32,000 nucleotides of DNA from positions 960,001 to 992,000 of the forward strand of contig CP025011.1 of NCBI GenBank assembly GCA_002952755.1, in the 5' to 3' direction. Shown piece after piece: positions 23,404 through 30,680 of the stretch (positions within the stretch are counted from its first letter, which is position 1; every line of letters begins with the position of its first letter). This DNA comes from Candidatus Saccharimonadota bacterium. GTDB lineage: Bacteria > Patescibacteriota > Saccharimonadia > Saccharimonadales > UBA4665. The notes under the pieces were generated by a model. That model saw nothing but the letters and a program-made list of their open reading frames with translations. It was not told where the DNA came from and made no database searches. The position numbers and the translations under genes were made by a program.

Positions 23404-24203
23404 CTACCCCTTAGAACGGAGCAGTTTGAGCGCCGCTAGATTTTGCATAGGCGTGCCATGGCTGCGATATATAGTGTAGCGCATGCCGCTCGGCATCTTT
23501 GCCTGGCCGGAGAATAGGTCCTTCAAACGGATAATCTGGCCGGCGTTCACACGGCCCTGTGTAAGGGCGGTAGCCAGTTCCGGTGCTTCTTCCAGCGTTT
23601 GATCCCAGTCGACAATAATGGTCGCGTGAGCAGCATCAAAAAACTCGTCGGCCAATTCCTGGTGATCTTCGGAGGCAAACGAAGCAATAACCGCGCCCGG
23701 CTTTATCCGATCTACCATATCAGCTGTTAAGATCGGCTGTTTTGCGCTGCTGTGGCAGATAATATAGTCGTATTGGCCAACGCTCGCCAGATCGCCGCGG
23801 GCAATCACCACGCAGATTGAGCCGTGCCACCAGAACCGATAAGTAATCCTTTCTTATCTACCAAGCTTTTTACTCCTAGCTCCCGAAGGATCAACGGCGC
23901 CATCACTCCGGTACGCTGTCTAATATATGCAGCAAAAGGGAGATTGAGGAGCAGCTCACCATCCTCAAATACCAGCGCCTGGTCGGGAGCTTTGCCCGAT
24001 ATCACATCATATGGGCTAAAGGTGTGATAGAAGGTGGGTGGCTTTTGGCCATGGGGCTCCACAGCAATAATGTTAAAGCAGTCACCTAAGAAATCGCCAT
24101 TCTGATTAAACGGCCGGACATATTTATCCATTTGGTAGTCATCAGCGTGCACAAACACGTCTTTGATGGCATCGGCCAACTCGTTCATCGGTAACATATC
24201 CAC
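23404..24203 (-). pseudogene. Ornithine cyclodeaminase / mu-crystallin-like gene interrupted by a frameshift, split into ORFs 23805-24203 and 23404-23811
   Basis: The upstream ORF ends ...LLIGSGGTAQSAW* inside the Rossmann GxGxxA motif. The other frame continues VVIARGDLASVGQYDYIICHSSAKQPIL...IKPGAVIA...YRSHGTPMQNLAALKLL. AGGAGG SD before the first ORF and none before the second. Confidence 0.5.
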
Positions 24204-24215
24204 AATTGCCTCCTT

Positions 24216-25127
24216 TTATAGCTCAAACGGCTCATCTTTTATCTTAAAGTGATGTATATACGGTATAGTTGCAGCGACCACAATGGCAAATATACCGCCG
24301 AGCACTTGGCCAGTAGGGCGCTCGGCAAAAAAGATCACACCATACACCATGCCAAAAACAATTTCCAGGAGCCCTAAAACACCCGCCGATCCCGCATCGA
24401 TAAGCTTTACACCGCGAACGACACACCAGGAGGCGGCCAGCCCAGTGAATGCGAAAAGCACTAAATAGAACCAATGCACATCAAAAGTTACAGGCTGGGT
24501 AATTTGGCCAAAAACGAGAGCCATGATCAGATTTGCCAGTACGCCAGCTGACCAGGCAATGAGCGTGGACTGCGAAGGACCATACGATAACTTCTGGCAT
24601 GAAACGATAGTAAGCGCTGTGGCGAATCCACTCATCAGCGCAGCTGCAAGCCCTGCAACCTCCACGCGATTGGCGGCAGGAGAAAAAATAAGTGCTAGGC
24701 CGATAAAGGCCAAAGCTGTTGCGGCAAACTTTTCCTTTGTATAGCGTTCGCGGCTTAAAAGCCAGCCAAAGAGGAACATACCAAGCACAAAACCGGAATA
24801 CATCAGCGCCGTAGCTAGACCGACTCCAATGTGCAGCGTGGCATAATAGAGCGGCCCGGAGAGCAGCGCCGAACCACACACTGAGGCAACAAGCCACCAT
24901 GCATCCCGCCGCCAATGCATTCGCACCAGCTCCTTACGCCGCACTGCGATAGCCCCAAGGCAAATGACTACAATAATGCAACGGAACAATGCCTGCTGAT
25001 AACTACCGAAGGCATTGCCCATCAGCTTCGTCCACACTCCGTACAAGCCATAGAAAAGTGACGATACAACCACTAAACTTGCCCCAAGACCTGATTTAGA
25101 TTGAATAGCATGCTCTTTCATTTTCAT
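24216..25127 (-). CDS. EamA/DMT-family transporter
   Basis: 303 aa with about 10 TM spans in two EamA-like halves. Confidence 0.85.
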   Translation of the reverse strand: MKMKEHAIQSKSGLGASLVVVSSLFYGLYGVWTKLMGNAFGSYQQALFRCIIVVICLGAIAVRRKELVRMHWRRDAWWLVASVCGSALLSGPLYYATLHIGVGLATALMYSGFVLGMFLFGWLLSRERYTKEKFAATALAFIGLALIFSPAANRVEVAGLAAALMSGFATALTIVSCQKLSYGPSQSTLIAWSAGVLANLIMALVFGQITQPVTFDVHWFYLVLFAFTGLAASWCVVRGVKLIDAGSAGVLGLLEIVFGMVYGVIFFAERPTGQVLGGIFAIVVAATIPYIHHFKIKDEPFEL

Positions 25128-25136
25128 AAAAGCCGC

Positions 25137-25889
25137 CTAATGGAGATTCACGCCAGCTCTATGTAACTTACCAATTGTCTGCATAGCAGGCCAGACCTCA
25201 CCACCAATAACTTGCTGGGCAACAGAGCGCGCCGCAAACATATCATCATAGCCAGCAAAACGATCTCCCTGCCATGTCACCCATTTCCTGGCTTCATCCA
25301 TACGGAGAATTTGAGCCTCACTCATTTCGCGTTCCCTCGCATGCATATCACTTGCCAGCATACCAGTAGCACCTACAGCTACTTGTAAATTTCCCTGTTT
25401 ACGCCAGGAGTAGCCCAGGTGGTGTGGCGGCTCTTCCGAGTCTTTACCCACCTGTGCATCCAGCCATTTGTTTGCCTCAACAAAACAATCCTCTACTAGT
25501 CCTGATCGCTGCAACAATGCAGCGCGACCGAGCTTCAGAGCGCCAGCCCACTGGTATTTTCCATATCGCTCGGCAACAGGGTCTGGACTGGATGAGGAAT
25601 AATCAAAGCCTAGGATGCCTTCTTGATTACCGACAACAATAAGGCCATTACCTTTGAAGTAAGGTCCCTTTGATTCACCACGCGCAAAGCGCACGATCGC
25701 ACGCGTCGCGGCTATCTGGGCCAAGACACTCTCATCTTGCAAGCTAATATCAGCTAACTCCGCTATGTCTGCACCTGATTGCTGACGTTCGGATACGGCC
25801 TCCACAAGCTGCTCATATGCCGCTAGCGGATCCTCACTGAGGTATATGCCCCGATAGAGGGATTCGATCTGTCGTATTACTTCTGACAC
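25137..25889 (-). CDS. Hypothetical protein (250 aa), no family recognised; GTG start
   Basis: Long ORF and first gene of a minus-strand unit. GGAGAG/AGGAA SD upstream of the GTG. Only 9 nt before the EamA gene. Confidence 0.55.
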   Translation of the reverse strand: MSEVIRQIESLYRGIYLSEDPLAAYEQLVEAVSERQQSGADIAELADISLQDESVLAQIAATRAIVRFARGESKGPYFKGNGLIVVGNQEGILGFDYSSSSPDPVAERYGKYQWAGALKLGRAALLQRSGLVEDCFVEANKWLDAQVGKDSEEPPHHLGYSWRKQGNLQVAVGATGMLASDMHAREREMSEAQILRMDEARKWVTWQGDRFAGYDDMFAARSVAQQVIGGEVWPAMQTIGKLHRAGVNLH

Positions 25890-25906
25890 GTAGATTTCCT
25901 ACTCTC

Positions 25907-25924
25907 CTCAGCACAATTGCTGAG
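25907..25924. promoter_or_regulatory. Perfect inverted repeat CTCAGCA-caat-TGCTGAG in the TrmB divergent intergenic region; candidate operator
   Basis: 7-bp arms with a 4-nt spacer, located between GTG 25889 (minus strand) and ATG 25973 (plus strand). Confidence 0.4.
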
Positions 25925-25972
25925 ACGATATAAGTATTGCATAATAGCATCTCTCCTGATAAACTGTTCACC

Positions 25973-26758
25973 ATGTTGAACACAAGGGACACAATCGTCG
26001 AACAACTGCGCGCACTGGGCTTAAGCCGCGACGAAGCTACACTATATCTAGAGCTACTCAAAGAACCTGCCACGCATTTACGGCTGGCACACGCCACAGG
26101 CATCAACCGCACTAAGGTGTATCGTTTAGCCAACGAGCTGGAAAAAAGAAGTCTCATTACTAAGCGCAGTGACGACCGCGGCACCTTTCTAGTTGCCGCC
26201 GACCCGTCGACACTGGAAGTAGGCCTCGTCACTCAAGAAGAGAGAATAAAACAACAGCGTGAGGCATTTGCCGCGCTCATGCCTGTCCTCGCACCAATAC
26301 AAAAGGGCGAAACGAGCCATTTTATCATTCACACCTACGAGGGAAGCGAAGGCTTTAAACAGATGCTCTGGCACGAACTCAAAACCAAAGACGAAAACCT
26401 AATCTTTGGCAGCGGCACTATCGAAGATCTGGTCGACGATCGCCGTTGGGCCGAAAAACATCGCCAGCTAACCACTCAGACCCCATATAAAGTCCGCGAA
26501 ATTCTCAACCCTCGGGGCAGGAAGCCCACCTTCACGCTCAACCAAAAATTTATGCGCGACATTTACCAGGAACGGACCATCGACCCCGGCGTTATGCTAT
26601 TGCAAAATCAGATGGTGATCTACAATGACACCGTCGCTATTTATCACTGGCGTGAGGAACAAAAAGTGGGACTGGAAATTATCAACAAAGCACACGCCGC
26701 TATGATGCGCGATATCTTTGAACACTTCTGGCAGATAGCTGGAGAGAAGTCGCAGTAA
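25973..26758 (+). CDS. TrmB-family transcriptional regulator
   Basis: N-terminus MLNTRDTIVEQLRALGLSRDEATLYLELLKEPATHLRLAHATGINRTKVYRLANELEKRSLI is the TrmB HTH pattern. The track ORF start at TTG 25937 is rejected. Confidence 0.8.
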   Translation: MLNTRDTIVEQLRALGLSRDEATLYLELLKEPATHLRLAHATGINRTKVYRLANELEKRSLITKRSDDRGTFLVAADPSTLEVGLVTQEERIKQQREAFAALMPVLAPIQKGETSHFIIHTYEGSEGFKQMLWHELKTKDENLIFGSGTIEDLVDDRRWAEKHRQLTTQTPYKVREILNPRGRKPTFTLNQKFMRDIYQERTIDPGVMLLQNQMVIYNDTVAIYHWREEQKVGLEIINKAHAAMMRDIFEHFWQIAGEKSQ

Positions 26759-26808
26759 CCGGGTACGCAAAAGTCAAAAAAGTAATACCGAATCAACACC
26801 TCACGTAC

Positions 26809-26814
26809 TACAAT
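26809..26814 (+). promoter_or_regulatory. -10 hexamer TACAAT, 7 nt upstream of ATG 26822
   Basis: The sequence reads cgtacTACAATcgtactaATG. Confidence 0.4.
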
Positions 26815-26821
26815 CGTACTA

Positions 26822-27772
26822 ATGGATATTAGTCGACTACTGAAGCAGCTGGACCACTGGCAGCAAACACACCGCCTAATTAGTTTTATCTATGCTGTAA
26901 TCAAAAAATATAGTGAAGATACCAGCAGCTACATGGCTGCATTACTTACCTATTACGGCTTTTTATCGCTCTTTCCGCTCCTCTTAGTAATGATCACATT
27001 GTTGCATATTTGGTTCCATAACGATCCGACAGTACAGGGCGAAATTAGCACCAGCATTGGGCACTTTTTCCCGCTGCTTGGCTCGCAATTGCAAAATCAG
27101 ATTCACGGCTTGCGCGGGGCAGGGGCGGGTCTCGCTATCGGCGTGCTTATTACTATGTACGGTGCGCGAGGTGCTGCCGATGCTTTTCGATATGCCCTTG
27201 ATACGGTGTGGCAAATCCCAAAAAACAAGCGGGTAGGATTCCCTAAAAATATCCTGCGTAGCCTGGCTATTATAATAGCTGCGGCTGGCGCATTTGCGGC
27301 TACTATTGCAGTCTCGGCTTTTACGGCCGCACTCGGACACGCCTGGTGGGTCAAGGTGATTGCCAACGTCCTTGGATTCATCATTTTAACACTAGTGCTT
27401 GGCTATACGTTCCGTATTGCTACCGGTGCCCGGGTGCGCTACCGGTTTATGTTGCTTGGCGCGGCCATTGCCGCAGCGCTCCTGCAGCTACTACTGAGTT
27501 TTGGTGGCATTGTTGTTACTCATCAACTACATCATCTCGATTCGGTGTATGGCACCTTCGCGGTAGTGTTAGGCTTGCTGTTCTGGATATATCTGATGGC
27601 GCAAATCGTTTTGTTTGCCGCACAGATTGATGTGGTGCGCCATTTTGGTTTATATCCGCGTTCGTTGAGCGGCCAACTACCAACCAAAGCTGACCATAAA
27701 GCCTACGACCTCTACGCCCAAACCGAGAAATATGTCGAAAGAGAACACATCGGCGTCCGTTTTCACCGCTAA
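26822..27772 (+). CDS. YihY/BrkB-family membrane protein
   Basis: 316 aa. AALLTYYGFLSLFPLLLV and a multi-span layout typical of the YihY family. Confidence 0.85.
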   Translation: MDISRLLKQLDHWQQTHRLISFIYAVIKKYSEDTSSYMAALLTYYGFLSLFPLLLVMITLLHIWFHNDPTVQGEISTSIGHFFPLLGSQLQNQIHGLRGAGAGLAIGVLITMYGARGAADAFRYALDTVWQIPKNKRVGFPKNILRSLAIIIAAAGAFAATIAVSAFTAALGHAWWVKVIANVLGFIILTLVLGYTFRIATGARVRYRFMLLGAAIAAALLQLLLSFGGIVVTHQLHHLDSVYGTFAVVLGLLFWIYLMAQIVLFAAQIDVVRHFGLYPRSLSGQLPTKADHKAYDLYAQTEKYVEREHIGVRFHR

Positions 27773-27784
27773 TATCAAGAGGAT

Positions 27785-28390
27785 CTATTGAAAATCCTCC
27801 GCGAATCCCCGCAACATGCTAAGGGCGGCAGCCGGTGGAGCGAGCACAGGGTCAGTGTCGATTAAATAAAATCGTGGCGTCGTCTCTCCTTTGAAAGCAC
27901 CATACTTGTATTGATCGTAATGATCAATGTCATTCAACATTAATTCTGCCTTACTCTCTTCAACCCAATCAACGTATTTCATAAGACAAGCCCCTAGCTG
28001 CTGTCTGGATTGCGAGCCCTTCATGCTAATAATGTTGCGGCTCACTGTATATAGCTTGGCATTACTACTGTGTCTACCGACAAAATACTGACGAACTATC
28101 GCATTCGGCACGCCGAATGAGGCCAACCTTGCAAGGTGTTCTCGCACAGTATGGACGACTAAGTCAGGTTCAATGTGTTCTGGTTCTACGGATCCTGAGC
28201 TTGCGAAATGGAGCGTACCGAGCGGAAGTGTGTGAATATGCGCACCAACTCGCCTTGGAGTAACACGCAGCCATAGCTCGTGGTCTTCAGGGTCTCGAAC
28301 AGGTTGCCTATCGGCATGCTTCAAGAGTTCTACTAGAGCATCCGACGGAGGGCCATACTCAAGAGGAAATAGCTTCAACGCTTCACTCAT
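27785..28390 (-). CDS. Hypothetical protein (201 aa)
   Basis: Start set at ATG 28390 (MSEALKLF...) because the extended -10 TGgTATTAT lies 6 nt upstream. The longer track ORF (to 28534) would run through the divergent galU promoter and start. Confidence 0.5.
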   Translation of the reverse strand: MSEALKLFPLEYGPPSDALVELLKHADRQPVRDPEDHELWLRVTPRRVGAHIHTLPLGTLHFASSGSVEPEHIEPDLVVHTVREHLARLASFGVPNAIVRQYFVGRHSSNAKLYTVSRNIISMKGSQSRQQLGACLMKYVDWVEESKAELMLNDIDHYDQYKYGAFKGETTPRFYLIDTDPVLAPPAAALSMLRGFAEDFQ

Positions 28391-28396
28391 TCGACC

Positions 28397-28402
28397 ATAA
28401 TA
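28397..28402 (-). promoter_or_regulatory. Extended -10 TGgTATTAT, 6 nt upstream of ATG 28390
   Basis: The reverse strand reads cctGGTATTATggtcgaATG. Confidence 0.4.
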
Positions 28403-28444
28403 CCAGGAATATACCATGGGGTCTGAGGGCCATCTTAAAAATGC

Positions 28445-28450
28445 TATTAT
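28445..28450 (+). promoter_or_regulatory. Extended -10 TGcTATTAT, 7 nt upstream of ATG 28458
   Basis: The sequence reads aaaaTGcTATTATggcagtgATG. Confidence 0.4.
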
Positions 28451-28457
28451 GGCAGTG

Positions 28458-29309
28458 ATGACACAACAAATAAGATGTACGAAAGCAATTATTGCTGTTG
28501 CTGGTTTTGGCACAAGGCGCCTACCAATCACCAAGGCTGTTGAGAAATGTATGATTCCGGTCGGAAACCGACCAATTGTCGATTATGTTGTGGACGACTG
28601 TATACAAGCAGGCATCACTGACATCATCTTTGTGGTAAGTGAGCAGTCAGAACAAATTCGCACCTACTATGGCCACAACCAGCACCTCGAAGATTATCTG
28701 GTAGCCCGCCACAAAGCAGAAGCGCTGGCTAGCATTAGCGATCTGGCAGTGAAAGCCCGCTTTCACTTCGTATTGCAGGATCACAAGCAACCGTACGGCA
28801 CGAGCGTACCTGTATGGCTCGCTCATGATTATCTGGGCCCGGACGAAACTTTTCTATATCTATATGGCGACAATATTTTATACAAACCGGATGGTGGGTC
28901 GGCCGTTGCCGATTTACTAGAGCAAGCGAATAAAACAGGGGCAGCCGACGCCCTCCTAGCTGTCGAAGTCGCACCAGATAAAGTCCAATCATACGGCATT
29001 ATTGCGACTGAAGAACGAGAAGGGACTGCATTCTTTTCGCATATTATCGAAAAACCGACTCCTGAAATGGCACCCAGCAATCTCAACAACGCCGGGTGTT
29101 TCATGGTGCAAAGTGCTATCCTCCCCTATGTAGAACGAAGCATGTACCAAGCAGACCTTACGCAGCAGGAGCACCTCTTTACTGATGCACTGAACTGGTA
29201 TCACGAGGATGGCGCACAGATCGTTGTAGCGCGTACGACTGCCGAATACTTAGACTGCGGGTCCGTGCAAGGCTGGCTGGCGGCCAATAACCGTATTGTG
29301 AACGCATAG
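28458..29309 (+). CDS. galU: UTP--glucose-1-phosphate uridylyltransferase
   Basis: N-terminal KAIIAVAGFGTRRLPITKAVEKCMIPV is the GalU signature (AGxGTRxLPxTKxxxKxMxP). Confidence 0.85.
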   Translation: MTQQIRCTKAIIAVAGFGTRRLPITKAVEKCMIPVGNRPIVDYVVDDCIQAGITDIIFVVSEQSEQIRTYYGHNQHLEDYLVARHKAEALASISDLAVKARFHFVLQDHKQPYGTSVPVWLAHDYLGPDETFLYLYGDNILYKPDGGSAVADLLEQANKTGAADALLAVEVAPDKVQSYGIIATEEREGTAFFSHIIEKPTPEMAPSNLNNAGCFMVQSAILPYVERSMYQADLTQQEHLFTDALNWYHEDGAQIVVARTTAEYLDCGSVQGWLAANNRIVNA

Positions 29310-29384
29310 ACTCTTGCCATCGACATAAGTACCTAGGAGGTGAGCAAAAGCTATTACAGGGATAGTCATCTTGAAAATTCTTTG

Positions 29385-29390
29385 TATAAT
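29385..29390 (+). promoter_or_regulatory. -10 hexamer TATAAT (ttgTATAAT), 7 nt upstream of ATG 29398
   Basis: The sequence reads ctttgTATAATctagagcATG. Confidence 0.4.
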
Positions 29391-29397
29391 CTAGAGC

Positions 29398-30606
29398 ATG
29401 ACTAAAAAAATCAATGCTGTAATCGTCGGCGGCGGGTTCGCCGGCACCAAGGCGGCCCTTGAGCTTGCCAAATCAAGTAACTGCAGCGTGACGCTGGTGA
29501 GTGATCATGCCGACTTCCGCTATTATCCTGGCTTGTACCACACTGCCACCGGCGGCAAAAGTGCTGGCTCGAGCATGCCGCTCGACAAGCTGCTCAAAGG
29601 AAAAGGCGTCGAATTTGTTCAGGCCACAGCAACCAAACTAGATCGTAAAAAGAAACAAATAGAGACCGCTGAAGGTAAAACGATTGCATATGATTCGCTT
29701 ATCCTAGCACTCGGTAATGTCACCAACTATTTTGGTATCGAGGGTTTGGCTGAACATGCTTACGGCATCAAGTCGATCGAAGAGGCCGACCGCTTTAAAA
29801 AACACCTGCACGACCAGTTCATCGAAAAAGGCTGCCCGGACCTCAACTATGTGATCGTTGGCGGTGGCCCAACTGGTATCGAACTAGCCGGCGCACTGCC
29901 AAATTACCTCCGCGCTATCATGAAAAAACACGGGCTTAAAGATTGCCCTATACAAGTCAAGATCGTCGAAGCACTACCTCAGTTATTACCACGCTCGCCA
30001 AAGGATATTGCTGAGGCTGTTGCCAAGCGCCTGCAACGTTTAGGTGTTGAGGTGCTGCTCGATACGGCCGTCAAAGGCCAGACTGCTGATGCACTGATGG
30101 TGGGTGACAGTCCAATCAAAACCGAAACTGTCGTCTGGACCGCAGGCGTCAGCATCAATCCGTTCTTTAAAGCGAATAACTTCGCTATGACCGAGCGCAA
30201 TAAAGTTGTCGTGGATGAGTATTTACAGGCCGAGCCAGATATTTATGTACTCGGCGACAACGCCGCTACCGAATTCAGCGGCCTGGCCCAAACTGCACTG
30301 CACGATGGTATCTATATCGCCAAAAACATCATTCGCAGGTCGTACGGCGACGAACCAGAAAAGTACCTGCCAAAAGAGCCAATCTACGTGATACCAGTCG
30401 GCAAAAACTGGGCCAGCGTCCAGTGGGGCAAGCTGCACTTCGGCGGTCTCGTTGGCTGGTTCTTGCGCCTTGCGGCCGATCTCGTCGGCTTTCACGACCT
30501 CGAGCCCTGGCCTAAAGCCAGTAAGCAGCTGCTGGTGAGTATGAGCCACGAAAATTTCGGTGATTGCCCAGCCTGCAATAAAAAAGAGAGCGCTCCAGCC
30601 GCCTAG
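29398..30606 (+). CDS. ndh: Type II NADH dehydrogenase (NDH-2) / FAD-dependent pyridine nucleotide-disulfide oxidoreductase
   Basis: Two dinucleotide-binding motifs, VIVGGGFAGTKAA and VIVGGGPTGIELAG. 402 aa. Confidence 0.8.
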   Translation: MTKKINAVIVGGGFAGTKAALELAKSSNCSVTLVSDHADFRYYPGLYHTATGGKSAGSSMPLDKLLKGKGVEFVQATATKLDRKKKQIETAEGKTIAYDSLILALGNVTNYFGIEGLAEHAYGIKSIEEADRFKKHLHDQFIEKGCPDLNYVIVGGGPTGIELAGALPNYLRAIMKKHGLKDCPIQVKIVEALPQLLPRSPKDIAEAVAKRLQRLGVEVLLDTAVKGQTADALMVGDSPIKTETVVWTAGVSINPFFKANNFAMTERNKVVVDEYLQAEPDIYVLGDNAATEFSGLAQTALHDGIYIAKNIIRRSYGDEPEKYLPKEPIYVIPVGKNWASVQWGKLHFGGLVGWFLRLAADLVGFHDLEPWPKASKQLLVSMSHENFGDCPACNKKESAPAA

Positions 30607-30668
30607 CGGCACCTAAACGACAGAGCATGCCTTTACTGGTATTTTTTCGCTTGGGTATCAACCTCTAG

Positions 30669-30674
30669 TACAAT
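30669..30674 (+). promoter_or_regulatory. -10 hexamer TACAAT, 6 nt upstream of ATG 30681
   Basis: The sequence reads ctctagTACAATagccacATG. Confidence 0.4.
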
Positions 30675-30680
30675 AGCCAC

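Noticed and set aside
23800-23815. Programmed ribosomal frameshift, or UGA read-through or recoding, at the OCD-like junction.
   Set aside because: There is no slippery heptamer or downstream stimulatory structure at the shift site. Reading TGA as a sense codon runs into another stop about 26 codons later in a non-homologous frame. TGA is clearly used as a stop elsewhere, for example at pgl.
29335-29405. AGGAGG followed by a 21-codon GTG-initiated ORF upstream of ndh, a possible leader peptide.
   Set aside because: The GTG overlaps the SD itself, leaving zero spacing. The ORF would also run through the ndh -10 hexamer and start codon. The AGGAGG is more likely fortuitous.
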